The notes under the pieces were generated by a model. The model was not told where the DNA came from. It saw nothing but the letters and a program-made list of their open reading frames with translations, and did no database searches. Below, piece after piece: positions 12,298-25,470 of a DNA stretch of 64,000 nt (position 1 is its first letter; each line of letters starts with the position of its first letter). Both the position numbers and the translations under genes were made by a program. Location: the NCBI RefSeq assembly GCF_902459465.1, contig NC_047065.1, forward strand, positions 21,080,001-21,144,000. Direction: 5' to 3'. The stretch is from Asterias rubens (taxonomy: Eukaryota).

Positions 12298-14208
12298 CGA
12301 AAACAGAACGGAGAAGAAGATATCCTTAAATTCAAAACATCTCTCCCTCCCTTTCCCATCCACAATTTGCGCAGACTGTGTGCACAGTTGAAAGGGCGAT
12401 ATTTACACTGATGCTATACCCAGCAAGTGAGTAATTAAGTCAGGCCCATATTGACTCTATGCGAGGAATGTGTGTTAATTGACAGGCCGTGGTGACATGC
12501 ACAAGAGCTTGTCCTCGGATGCCCTTAGATGTGTCAGTGCACTCACTGACCCAGCTTCTACTCTTTTTTCCCCCCCTCTCCCTTCTTTCCTCCAGCTCGC
12601 TGAATATTTTATTATTTTTATAGCTCGCTGAATATTTTATTATTTTTATACTGATTTTTAACGAGGTCCCAAAAGCCAGGCCTTGTTGTGGGATCAGTCA
12701 CTGTAACATTTTGACTTAAAAAGTTGGAATCGTATTACAGCAAGGAATACTCTGGTGTAATACTCTCGTTTGAAATGAATTTTTTCGTGATTCTAGGTTT
12801 TGTTTGAAATTGTCTTGCCGATGTCTTTATTAATTATTTATGTTGTAATGGAAGTATTAACAGGCTTTCATAGCCAATTGCTGTTGAATTCGGTGAATAA
12901 TTCATTTGCTTTTTTTTACCCGTCTTGTTGAGGTTTATGTTACTACTGCTTGTCCACACATCGGACATTATAAGATTTGACAGGTTTTCTTGGAGTCTAT
13001 GTCGAGGATGATGTACTATTTAACACCTAGGTCCCAAGAATTTTGTTATAAATTATTGGAACCCACACAAAAAATGTCTGCATAAAAATTGTCTGAAAAT
13101 ATGATTGGTCGCAAGAATGTAAAAGCAGGCACCAACGTATGATAGCATACTTTTGCATGATATCTGAAATTTACAATTAGAAATAGTTATGTTTATTAAT
13201 TTGTTATACATCAGGCCTAGAATTTCATCTTAGATAGGGCAGGACCGTTTTGCATAAATGCAAAGGGCACTTCTGTTTAAAATCTTGAAGTCAATGGGAA
13301 ACTTTTGAAGGGGCACGAAGGCCAAGACCAGGGGCAACAGAGGCCATGGCGTCTGTTGCCCACATGTAGTTCCAAGCATGATAAATCCACCTAAAAAGAG
13401 AGACCTCACAGGTGAAAAAAATATCAAGATTGTTTTGTTTCTAACTTTTTCCTCAAAGCTATGAAGTGCCTTTGAAACTACACGTTTATGTGAAATGCAG
13501 ACTCTCTTCTTTAAGTTTGCCGGTGCTGAAGTTTGCATCAACATTTCTTCTTCTAGTCTTCTATTTCTGCCTCCTTCTTTGACGGATTGAATAGTTTACA
13601 TGAGAAAACTGTACTTTAAAAGTAGTTGTACTTTTTATTCATCCTGTTCTTTCCATTTTTTGTTGTGTATAACTTTGTCAGTCTGTCATGTACATGAATG
13701 TTGCCGATTTATGTAACAGGATACTGATACAAAATAGCTTCAGCTGATCTTTTTGTCCTCTGTATAAAGATGTTGCAATAAATAAATAAATAGACCTCAA
13801 TTAGATGCTTGTTCTCATGTACAGGATGAATCCTGTTTTGAGCTGAAGTGTCTGTTTAATATCAATTTATTAGGTCCTACTAGCAATCTTGGTCGAAGGC
13901 AATACTTCTAAATGGCGTCCAAAACTGCCTCAACGTCTTTTTTTTGGTACATCACTGAAAATCAGAGAAATTCTTTGACTTCTTTTAAAAATATTAGAAA
14001 GACAGCATAATTCTACATCACACTGATGTAACATGTATAATTGTTGTTGAACATGTTTAAGATGAAGACTGTTTTGTTGTTGAAGCAGAATTTATTACCA
14101 ATTGTTGTGTAAGATGCCAGTTTTCAACTCACTGTAAATACAAACAGCGCCACCATGTGACAGTCCTTGAAACAAATTGTTGGGGAAGGTTCTGGTCTAA
14201 TTATTGAT

Positions 14209-14360
14209 GGGTGCGTTCGTTTAGCTTTCCTGGGTCGACCCCGGTGTGTGGCCGTTTTTTTTCCCAGGATGAACGTGGGTAATTATCTGCACATATTCGT
14301 CCTGGAAAAAAAAACTGCCACATACCGGGGTCGACCCAGGGAAGCTAATCAGACGCACCC
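14209..14360. mobile_element. Short deletion derivative of MITE B
   Basis: GGGTGCGTTCGTTTAGCTTTCCTGGGTCGACCCCGG ... CCGGGGTCGACCCAGGGAAGCTAATCAGACGCACCC; same TIRs as 1912-2417. Confidence 0.85.
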
Positions 14361-14597
14361 AATATCGTTTTCTGATTGAACCTTGTTAAGGCTCTTATTG
14401 TCAGGATTGAGGTAGACAATCAGCAATCATAATCCTTCTTGCATATGTGTTATGAGCATTCAAATTATGTGTCATGCTTGAATGAACCCTCCATCTACTT
14501 ACAGCCTGTTTTCGCTTTCACATACTGCGCAAAATCACATACTGCACAAAATCACATAGGCCTACTTCACAAAATTTGATGAAATTTAGTTATATGG

Positions 14598-15450
14598 TTG
14601 GGGTGGGTGGTTAGTATATAAAGCACTTGCCTCTTACCAATTCTGCCCCGGTTCGATTCCCATCCATGGCCACATGTTAGAGTTGTACATTGGTTCTCTT
14701 CCATGCCACAAGGGTTTTCCCCGCCCCTACGGTTTCGCCTCCCTGCTGATGAGGTTTGCTACCATGATGGGTGCCCTTGCATCCCAACAGCTCTAACACA
14801 GTGTAGCTGCACAATACCAATGTGGCCCTTGTTTGATTCCCATCCATGGCCACGTGTTGGTTCTCTCGCATGCCACAAGGGTTTTCCCCAAGACTCTACG
14901 GTTTCCTCCCTCCTGATGAGGTTGGCTGCCATGAATCATGGTGATGGGTGCCCTTACATCCCAGCAGCTCAAACACAATGTAGCTTCGTAATACCAGTGT
15001 GGCCATGGTTCAATTCCCATCCATGGCCACGTGTTGGTTCTCTCGCATGCCACAAGGGTTTTTCCCCAGACCCTACGGTTTCCTCCTTCCTGATGTGGTT
15101 GGCTGCCATGATGGGTGCCCTTGCATCCCGGCAGCTTAAACACAATGTAGCTGCACAATACCAATGTGGCCCTGGTTTGATTCCCATCCTTGGCCATGTG
15201 TTGGTTCTCTCGCATGCCACAAGGGTTTTTCCCCAGACCCTACGGTTTCCTCCCTCCTGATTTGGCTGGCTGCCATGGACCCCCTGGCATCCCAGCATCA
15301 GCTCAAACACAATGTAGCTGCCTATACCAATGTGCCCCTAGTTCGATTCCCATCCATGGCCACACTTGAGTAGAGTTGTACATTTTTTCTCTCCTGCGGC
15401 TGCCATGGGTGCCCTTGCATCCCAGCAACTCAAACACAATGTAGCTGCGC
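14598..15450 (+). repeat. Tandem array (~165-180-bp unit, ~5 copies) built from a tRNA-derived SINE head
   Basis: The anchor ATTCCCATCCATGGCC recurs at about 14655, 14836, 15015, 15180 and 15347. Each unit has a B-box-like GGTTCGATTCCC; units 1-4 also carry a GGGTTTTCCCC..CTACGGTTTCCTCCC segment. Confidence 0.85.
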
Positions 15451-15529
15451 CCTTCCCAATTTAGCTTCTCTGAGCTGCAACAAAGTAATTAACCACAAAG
15501 GCAACTGACTGATGGTTACATTTTTGAAT

Positions 15530-15612
15530 AGTTCCTGTTTGAGCAGGATTTGAACCAACGACCTACGGATTAATGTGTCGGCACTCCACCAACTGAGCTA
15601 TCTATCTAGCCT
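15530..15612 (-). mobile_element. tRNA-derived SINE head (related + strand fragment at ~15685-15730)
   Basis: The minus strand reads GGCTAGATAGATAGCTCAGTTGGTGGAG ... GGTTCAAATCCTGCTC. The acceptor stem is broken, so it is not a tRNA gene. Confidence 0.7.
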
Positions 15613-16295
15613 TATGAGCGATCACCCTATTTGATCAATGAGTGTTCGGTGACTTTTGACTGGCACCTCCAATCAAAGATGCTGAAGTTCAAATCCTGCT
15701 CCAGTCAATTTGTCTTTGTTCAATCCAAAATTGAAAGAAATGGGAGGGGTTTGGGCCATAAACAAGTGGATATTTTGATACATCATTCTGTTCGTGCTAC
15801 CTTCTTCCCACATTTTCATTTATCTGCCCTACATTTGGGCACCTTATTGTGACCCCAACCTCTTCCCCAGACCTTTCCTATTATGGTCTACCCCCAATGT
15901 ATCTCCCTAGACATATACTGCAATTATCAATTGTCATGGCACCAATCAGATTTTAATGTGATATGCTATTATTCAGGAAGGAAACAAATCATTCTGTCAC
16001 TGAAGACAGTTGTATGTTTCCTGTGTGAAGGCTGGGATCCAGACTCGTCGCTGTTATTAAAGGATGGGTCAGCATGGCTTGGAGAGAATGAGACTCTGAT
16101 AATTAAATCAAGGAATCAGTCACTTTGATGTTTACTCCGTTGAAAGTTTGTTGATGAAAGTTTGTCGTGATGAAAGTTTGTTTCAATCATGTCATGACAC
16201 CCTGTCTGATTCATAAAGTGAAGTTACACTTAGAGGTCTCATAGGTCTGTTGCTGATTGTTTTAAAGTCTCAAAAAATAGAACTCTCAAACTTCG

Positions 16296-16886
16296 ACCCA
16301 AATCTTAACCCTAACCTCAACCCTAGCATTAACCATTTCCCAACCAACTCTAATGACTCTAATTCTTGTAAGCCTAACCCTTGTAAGCTTAAGACTATTT
16401 TCTTAACTCCAAACCTTACCTGAACCCTTACCCTAATAAACCCTCAACCCTTGTAACACTTAAAACCCTAACCCCAAACCCCTAACAAGGATGACACAGG
16501 TCCCCTATAAACCCAAGTAACGTTAACCCAAATGATAACCCCTAGACCTATCCCTTACCCTAATTGTTTACCCCTTAAACCCTTACTTTAACCCTTAAAA
16601 CAAAACCCTACTCTTACCTAACCCTAACTCAATGGTTATAATCAAACCCTTAACCAAACCATGAACCCCTACAACCAAAACCCTAACAATAACCCTAATA
16701 CTAAGCCAGAACCACAACCCTAAGCCAATAAACCAAAACCCTAACTCTATCCATTACCCTATTAACCTAACCCTTAAATCAACCCTAAGCCTAACCATAA
16801 CCCGAACCCTAACCATAACCCTAACCATAACCATAACCAAAACCATAACCATAACCATAACCATAACCCTATGAAACCTAACCCAT
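16296..16886 (+). repeat. Degenerate interstitial telomere-like (CCCTAA)n / (TAACCA)n tract
   Basis: About 590 bp of hexamer variants AACCCT/AACCAT, most regular at 16790-16870. Confidence 0.85.
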
Positions 16887-17659
16887 AGCGACCATTCTTC
16901 AAATTTTTAAATATAATATTTATGAGCAGTTTCTTTCTCAAAGTGCTGTGATTTAAGGTAAAGCTCGCATGAACAGTCCTTGTACCTTTTCAAAAAGTAA
17001 GATAGCGGAATATAAATTCTACTCTTCCAATAGCAGATGCGGTTCCTTCCCTTTACGAAGTACGAAGTAGTGACTGGGCCAATCCTTGATCTCAATCATA
17101 GCAAGACAACTTGATTTGTTTGTCTTGTTCTGGATATATCTATTATGACAACCAGAAATGCCCGAAGACACTCTTAGATCGGTGTACCCTTCGCGTTTGA
17201 CATCAGGGGAACCACGCTGGCATCACCCCCATGTGATTTCACATGGGTTCTATTATTCAATTTTTTTTTTTTCTGCCATTTTTTCCCTCCCCTCTTGCCG
17301 ACGTGTGTCTCTTCGTTTTTATGAGAATTGGTCGTGGTGATAAGATTGCCCGGGAAGAGTGATGTTACAGAGGTAGTTTTTGTAGATCAGGAGGTTACAA
17401 TATTGCCTGAAGTGCGTCGACCCTGCTACGCTCTCGGAGTTGTTTGGTTGACAAAAACACCTGCAAAGAGGCTGAGGAACACGTAACAGTACAATTAAAA
17501 CCAGTCCTGAATATTGATGTGTCCTGAAGTTGCCTTATTCAACAACAAGGGACAAACTATCTCTGCTATTGAAACCTACCTACAACACAATGCAGCTTGA
17601 TTATCAAATGTTTGTAAAACTGTCTAGAACCGTTTGAAAATGTTTCAAAAAACACTTAA

Positions 17660-18040
17660 AGGTAGTGGACACTATTGGTAATTACCTAAAATAGTTATTA
17701 GCATAACAAAAATGTTATTTAGTAAAGAGTAATGGGGAGAGGTTGGTAGTATAAAACATTGTGAGAAACGGCTCCCTCTGAAGTGGAGTACTTTTCGAGA
17801 AAGAAGTAACTTTAAATGAATTTGATTTTGAGACCTCTGATTTAGAATTTGAGGTCTCGAAATCAAGCATCTGACAGCACACAACTTTGTGTGACAAGGG
17901 GGTTTTTCTTATATTAATATCTTGCAACTTTGCTGACCGATTGAGCTCAAATTTTCACAGGTTTGTTATTTTTTGCATATGTTGAGATACACCAACTGTG
18001 AAGGCTGGTCCTTGACAATTACCAATAGTGTCCAGTGTCT
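17660..18040 (+). mobile_element. Kolobok-like MITE family C, full copy
   Basis: TTAA|AGGTAGTGGACACTATTGGTAATT ... AATTACCAATAGTGTCCAGTGTCT|TTAA. Confidence 0.9.
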
Positions 18041-21000
18041 TTAAGAAGAAAACTATAGCAAACAAAAATGTGCTCAGCATAACTTTTTTTTCAGTGAACC
18101 AGTAGACTGGAGGGAGTTACAATACTACTACATATTATTGGGGTTGGCTCAGTAGCTGATAACCCATTTCCATCTGGCAACCTTTATTTGCCAATTCCGT
18201 GTACCTTCACTCTTTCAGTACACGCCAGACACCAGATTACGATTTTTGCAATTTATTAACTTCACCACTTGTCAGCCCCTTCTTTATCCCCAACCACCAT
18301 AGGAACAATTTTGCAAATCTAGGGAGAGAAACTTCTCGGTCGTCTTAAAATTAAAGAAGAGCCTTTTTTTTGTGTGTGAGAGAATTTAAAACTCCACATC
18401 AAAGACTAGGTGAACATTTAATGGTGTTGTGTTACCATGCCACATTTCAGTAGAATGGGGGAAGAAAAAATGTATTCCTTGAAAAAGGAAGACTGTACTG
18501 TTAGCAATAAGGAAATTGCAGCGCCCCCCCTTAGACCATTTAGCCTGCGGCATTTCTCCCCCTTAATGTGTTTGGGTTTTAATTTGAGCAGAAACACGGT
18601 GCTCTCAATCTTCCAGTTCCAGGCTGGACTGATTTTTTTTTATAGTTAACACCTGTGCAAGAGCAACGTCAGGCTCATCAGTTACTTCCACCTCACTCCA
18701 GAGAGTACAACGCCCCTCTTTCTCTTTTTGTAAAATTGACAGACAATTTCAACCAAGTTAGGTCATTCACAGAAAAAAGATCCCCTGGCCATCGAAGCTC
18801 AAAATTGACTTTGGTGGACAAGAATACTCTTTTTTTTGTCCCCTCTCTTGTTTTTGAAGTGAAGAGGACGTTAAAACAATGTTTGCGTTTGTGAAGAGCT
18901 TCAAAAGGTAAAAACCTGAAAGCTCTGCGTCGAGTACATCATGTTTGAAGGTTTAGACACGAGAAGAAATCTCTGGAATTTGTTCCAATGAAACGGAGAG
19001 ACAATTTAAGACGATAACTTCAGATGTGATTTTTCCTAAGAGGCCTCTCCTTTTCCCGCCCCCTTTCCCTGGGACTGTGAACCAAGAAATATTGTGTTCC
19101 ATAGAAACAGGGAGAAGCAATAATTAAAGTGTAAACTGATGCGTATTCATGGAGACAAAGTCTCTCCCTGCCATGGACTCATAATTTTATTATTAAGTTT
19201 GAATCGTAAACTTGGGAGGAAAAGCTGTGATGGTGTAGGTCTCAAACTAATGATTGAATGTTCTTATATCGCCTGAAATCAAACCACCTCAAATATTAAT
19301 TCAAAAGGAAATGAGTAGCTGGAATTCGATATAATTTTTCAAGAAAAAGGAAAGAAAATGCCCTGTTGACAGATTTTCTATCCTAATTTCTCTTTTTTTT
19401 TATGAATGTACCATCGGCACGTTAAAGTTTAAGCTTCTTTTTCACTGTTTAACTGTAAATAACCTTTAGGGTCCGAAACCTGAAGAAGTTTTGTGTTGAA
19501 TGTGAGATTAAAGTGAGATTTCCTCGAACAAATTAAATCCATACCTCATTTCAAAGGTTTGTAAAAATAGAAATAGTAAGGAGCTGAGTGGATGATGAGG
19601 ATATGTTTGTTTTTAAAGTACAAGTTTATCTCCCGAGGGGGTGATCTTTTATCCTGTTCTTTTGACAGCCGCAAACAGTGGGTCAGTGGAGAATTTGAAT
19701 CAATTTGTCTGACCTACATAGGAGCTGATGAGTTTGTATAAAGGCAAACACTAAAGTACAACCCGGAGACAAACAATTGGTTAAAAAACTGTTCTGTCCC
19801 TTTAAAAACGGAGTCCGTAATTGGAAACCAGTGGTATTGTCAAGCAATGTTTACTCAATTGGTTATGCCAGATGAGCCTGTTCTCTCAGCCAATTCAGGA
19901 AAGCATTCTAGATTAAAAGATGGGTACATCTGACCATGGTTACAGCGTGGTTACACAGTTCCAGAATCGCCTCCCTCAGTCCCTCCTCATCATCAGCATG
20001 CAAAAGCAATCATGGAAAAGCCATCTACCCGGCCGTGTCCTCATTTTGAGGTCATCTATCCAGATGCAGTGATCTGTTCTACAATGCATCTGCAAGCAAT
20101 TAAGATGTAGAAAGGATGCCTAGGTATACTCAGCCAAGTAATTTCCCACAGACTTCCTCCCCCTTAGCTTTGAAATACATTTAGCACCAAGGAAGGAAAT
20201 TTAATTAGAAATGGCTAATGGCTGTGTGGGGGTAAAAAGATGATGAGCAACCATCTATATGTAGGTCGTGCAGAGCTCAGTACACCTATACATGTACACA
20301 ACGAGTACATGAGTGCACACGCGCACCTCCTTTCTCTCTCTTTCTCTTGCTGAGAGGTGATGAAATTAATGACAGGGCGCTGTGTGAATATACATGAGCC
20401 CAATATGTGTTTACTGACTGTTGTATTACTTAGCGCTCTTTAATTGCATTGGTGTATTAACACTTTATTCCCTGTTACGGAGAACAGCGTTGCACGGCTG
20501 CAAGATCAATAACTTAAATGCATTCAATGGCTTGTTCACTAAGAGCTGAACACTTAAAGCCAGTTGACCACCAGTTTTGCTTTGCGCTGTCGTCAGTAGG
20601 GATGTTGTTTTCTTGCATGACTAAAAGCAATGGAGAGGCGTTTAGGTGTGATGTAATTTAGAGAGCTGTACGATAGAAATTTAAGCTTTACCAAGAAACT
20701 CTGCCAACCTACTTTTATTTTGAGTGTTACAGAAGTTTGTAACCTTTGACCTCAACACTCCCCCCCCCCAAACAACAAAAAAGAAATAGCAGAAAAAAAT
20801 GAAGGAGGAAAAAAAGGAGCAAGAAAACCCCAAGATTAAAGCAAATGTTTCTGGTTAAGCGGTTTCTTCTGCAGAAGTCTTGAAATTGGGTCTTGGAGCA
20901 TGGAGGTGCATTTAATTAAGCAACTGGCACGATTATTTGGACTACTTTGCAATGTGTGTACAGTGCGCTTCTCTTGCGTTGGAAGGCGTGATTGCAATGT

Positions 21001-21375
21001 CTAATGGGGCCTTCATGATGTTTCCATTACCAGAGCAAGGTGTAGAAATAATGGACTGGAATTAAGAATTCAAGCAAGCTACCTCCCCCCCTCCTTTTTC
21101 CCCCTTATTTTCTCCGCACATTTTATTTGAGTCCATTTGAAGCGGAAGTCACAGTCAAGCTCATGTCCTGAATCGGATTGGTTGTAATTACTCTGTGGAC
21201 ATGGGATTATGTCAGCAGCTGCGGAGAACGAGGGGGGAAAAGGGTCTGATTTGAAGAAGAGTTTGGAAATCAAGAATGTAATGTCTGGTTTAGTCATGAA
21301 GTGTAAATTTCTGGATTAACAAATGAATACATGGCTTTCATATTATCATACTATCTTGGCAAATGTGCAGGCCTT

Positions 21376-21521
21376 AGGTTGGTTTCATAAAGAGTTAGGA
21401 CCAGTCCTAAGTTAGGACCAGTCCTAGGAGATATCAAAAACTTCAGGCTTATTCTAAGTTCGGGCGAGTAACTCGTTCTACCTCGAGATAAGACTAGTCT
21501 TAATCTTTGTGAAATCCACCT
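21376..21521. mobile_element. Harbinger-like MITE 'family E' variant inserted in a family I element
   Basis: TIR AGGT(T/G)G(G/A)TTTCA(T/C)AAAG. Flanks ctt/ctg. The uninterrupted family I end at ~9500 (minus strand CAGGCCTGGAATTTC) shows a single CTG, indicating a CWG TSD. Confidence 0.75.
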
Positions 21522-23733
21522 CTGGAGTTTCATCTTTGAGAGGGCAAGGCTTTGTTAAGTTTGCAAAAAGGCACTTTCGTTGGAAAGTCTTAAAGTATGG
21601 AAGACTGTTGAAGGCCAAGACGAGGGGCAACAGAAGCCATGGCCTCATCCATGGCTGACCTCTGTGTAAGTCTAGGCCTGTGTGTCATTTCAGACTATAC
21701 AAGATTTAAAAAATTGTGGGAGTTAATTTTTTGAAGTGGACATGAAATAGGTATCTCATTTATAGCAAGACAGTTCTATAAAGCAGGCGTTACCTGACAA
21801 GTAGATACATTCATGGCGTTGTGTCTTATTAACCTGTTTGACCAGTATCCTCCACTTAAAGTCAAGTTAGTGGTTGGATTTGGGACTGCACTGGCGTCTG
21901 TGTAATTTTAGGCCTGTAAGTACACTTTCCATACTATGAGGGTACACAAATTTCAAACACAGAAATATATTGTAAAAACAATCAGGTTAGCTGGCTACAA
22001 TCAGGTTAGCTGGGTTCATTAAAAGTGTCCGCATACACTGTCTCTCTGAGCAACCAAAAAGAGCTGGGGTCATTGCATTGAACCACTGGTCAACTTTTGT
22101 CTGAGATGCAGATGAACTATTTCTTGATGTTTGGAGTTAAAGGAGGAAAAGATTATCTCGTGCAGAACATATGATGCGCTGTAACCATCTTCATTTAGCA
22201 TATAGCCTAGAGCTTGCCAGTTGCACCATAAATAATGTTCTCAAACCAAATTATACACTTGTGAGTCTACAATTTGTAGCAGTAAACCAATGTTTGGTTT
22301 GGTTATTTAATATAGAATAACAATATTCCTGGGAAATTAAAAATCACATTCTCAGTGGGTGAGTGGGTTATGTGTCTGGAGAAAGTTTTGCATGTGCTAA
22401 TGTTGTCTATTTTTTTTTTTTAGTGATTGCGATGGTTCAAAATCAAATGAACCTGTGAAGAATATTCTGATAAGAAATGAGGAAAGTTTTGAATTTGGTC
22501 ATGGTGAGATGTCTTGATTTGAAAATCAAAACTTCTTGATGATAATGAAATAACACTGTATATGAAGAAGCATGTTAGGTTTGATCTAATTATTCTATAT
22601 AAACCCAGCTTTTTGAAAGCTGACCAGAAAAAAGTTTCTGAACAAACATTCACGACCCAAAGAAATTTGTGTAAAGCTTTACAAAAAGCGTTCTGTACTC
22701 AGAAACATTTCATGAGGTAGTTCATCTCTTGAAAGCCAATGTTCTCAAGATGACAGCCTTTATATCTCAAAGAAAGGAACTTAGACCTTGTCATTTTATT
22801 GAAATTAGTGGATTGGTACACTATAGCCCGAGTCCACTTTTTAAGAACTCTATTGTGATGGTAACTTACAGGCCTTAAATTTGATTATCGAATGGGCACC
22901 GCAATTTTTGCTGTGATAAGGGCCTCTTCTCTGAAGAAAATGTAAACTTGTATTTGGAACTTTGCAAAGGGCACCACAGGAAAAGCACAGGGCACCACCA
23001 GGATTGTAGCTAGACCAATTTTTTATTTTTTTTTTAATGCCAGTGCAAAGTGGACAATATTTGAAATCTGTGCTGGGCGGCATAATGTATTTTTCTCAGA
23101 GTGCTGGGCAAAAATTGAGAGTCCTGGGCAGGCCCACCGTGGCTACAACACTGGGCACCACAGCTATTGCTGTAGGTGCTGTGAGTTAATTCAAGGCCTG
23201 CTGTTTGTCAGTTGTAAAAATCTACTGGCTTGAAATTGAGCCTAAACCAACCCACAACTCTCAGTTACAGTAAGGTCAGAACAGCTACGTCACTGCAGGA
23301 CAATCAAGTTCGCGAAAGAGAAAAAAATACACTTAACCAATGACCAGAACTTTTATATGTTTCTGGTCCAGACTCACCAAATTGTTCCCTTGAGGTCTGT
23401 TATGACAATCAAGTTCCAATTTGATGGCACTTCTTACTTGGGAACTGTGTGCTTAAGGCACCCTGTAAGCTCTGTCGTAATGCTATGGGTTGGGAACCGT
23501 TGTAATCAGCAACTTACCTTCCTCTTTGGCAAACCGAAAGATATACAAACAGCCCCATCCCTTTTTTTTTTTTTTTTAAGTTAAAGTGCACAATTATAAT
23601 TGTTTCTGTGTGTACTTCTGTTCTTTGTTTTGGTAATTTTAGCATGTTTTTTTCTTTGTGAATTCAGATGTAGTTCGGTCCTGGCTTTGTGAGATTTTAA
23701 TGTTTTAATGAACCAGATAAATAACATATTTAA

Positions 23734-24112
23734 AGGCAGTGGACACTATTGGTAATTACTCAAAATAATTATCAGCATAAAACCTTTCTTGGTAACGAGT
23801 AATGGGGAGAGGTTGATAGTATAAAACATTGTGAGCAACGGCCCCCTCTGAAGTAACGTAGTTTTCAAGAAAGAAGTAATTTTCCACGAATTTGATTTCT
23901 AGACCTCAGATTTAGAATTTGAGGTCTTTAGATCAAGCATTTGAAAGCACACAACTTCATGTGACATGGGTATTTTTTTTAATCATTATTATCTCGCAAC
24001 TTCGCCGACCAATTGATCTCAAATTTTCACAGGTTTGTTATTTTATGCATATGTTGAGATACACCAAGTAAGAAGACTTGTCTTTTACAATTACCAATAG
24101 TGTCCAGAGTCT
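23734..24112 (+). mobile_element. Kolobok-like MITE family C, full copy
   Basis: TTAA|AGGCAGTGGACACTATTGG ... CCAATAGTGTCCAGAGTCT|TTAA. Confidence 0.9.
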
Positions 24113-25224
24113 TTAAGGTTTGAAAGTTTTCAAGATGATTCAGAGGAAGTCGTTTTCTCTCCTGAACAACGCTATAGGTACAATCGTGAAAGTCAGAAAA
24201 CAAAGCAGCATTCTCATTATAAAAATACAAAAACTTGAATCATTTTTGTGTAAAATTTTGCTTTTTGATTTAACCATTACCATTTACAATTTCTTCAGAG
24301 AGATTTCTGTGGAATTGTTGTTAGTTAGCTTTGCAAACAAATGAGGAATATGTTTTAATTTGTTTCGAATCGAAACCCCCCCCCCCACACTCCCTCATTC
24401 CCCGGGTAAATGTAACCTATCTTAACCCTGTCACAAGTATTGACAACAAATTGGTACACACATTTTTTTTGGCCACAAACATTTTTCTCTCTAGCTTTTG
24501 AACTTCCGAACTGTGGCGTCTCTACGTTGCCAAAACAGGGCTTCCTAATTCATAACTTAATAATAACTTGCCTGGCATATGAAATTAGGACTGCCATCAA
24601 ACAAGTTACGGCAATCAGATATATTTGTGGATAACCCCCCCTGGCCCAAGAATCCAGAGAGTATATGGCTTTACTCACTGACAGGAAATATCCTTTTAAT
24701 TTTGAGGTTGTCAGTACACTGAATTTGACACACCAGTCATAGTATTGCATTTCCTTTGATGGGCAGACTTCATGTTCATGTTCCTTCAGTCCCAGTACAC
24801 CCCCCCCCCCCTAAAGAAAAGGAGAGGCAGACAAACTCACATTAAAGGGACTTAACATTGCCCCCCCCCCTCCTCGAATTGTTAGTATATACCTAGCCTG
24901 TTTTGTTTATTTATCTATTAATTTCAAGTATCAAGTGATGGGCCACCAGAGAAAATGACTGTAATTTACTTCAATTAGTTTATCAAACAACAAAAAATTT
25001 GCCTAAAATGGATTTTAAACCGTGACCCGAATCAGTGTCGGTGCTCTACCAACTATGCTCTCGAACTATTTTGATGGCAGTCTCCCTTTACACAATTTAT
25101 CTTTTTAGTAGATTGAAATTTGTATCATCGGGATAAAGAATACTTTCCTTCATCCGTGGTTGAACCCATACATGTACGATGTGTGTTTTCACTGTATACT
25201 CCGTATTTTCCATAACTCTATCAA

Positions 25225-25345
25225 CAAATCACTTGGGTGGGATTCGAACCCACGCCCTTTGCCATGCTAGTGCAGTTTCTCACCAACTAGACTACCAAGG
25301 TTACCTAGAGGCAGTTGGAATCCTATATTTGAGCAGCGGGTGGTG
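25225..25345 (-). mobile_element. tRNA-derived SINE head, single-unit copy of the family triplicated at 42595-42880 (other fragments ~41500, ~47780-47880, ~59640)
   Basis: GGGTGGGATTCGAACCCACG ... CCAACTAGACTACC ... CTAGAGGCAGTTGGAATCCTAT. Confidence 0.7.
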
Positions 25346-25470
25346 TCATCAACAAGATTAGCGATTGCCTGGTAGTGATTGCCTTGAGATGGTTGTACCA
25401 TCCTGGTCCTTGCTCAATGGTTGTTGTACAGAAACAAGGGGTTAATAAAGGGTTAAAACTTTAGTTTTAA

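Noticed and set aside
14677-15373. Overlapping ORFs of 113-185 aa on both strands
   Set aside because: They are translations of the SINE-derived tandem array, with internal peptide repeats, no splice context and several frames open at once.
15530-15612. tRNA genes (also 6740-6824, 25225-25345, 47780-47880)
   Set aside because: A/B boxes are present but acceptor and anticodon stems are broken and the sequences continue into repeat bodies. These are SINE heads.
16296-16886. True chromosome end
   Set aside because: The tract is degenerate, internal, and flanked by colinear exons of one gene.
22713-22730. TGAGGTAG (let-7 seed) and TGGAATGTAA at ~40710 (miR-1-like)
   Set aside because: The matches stop after 8-10 nt and I see no precursor hairpin.
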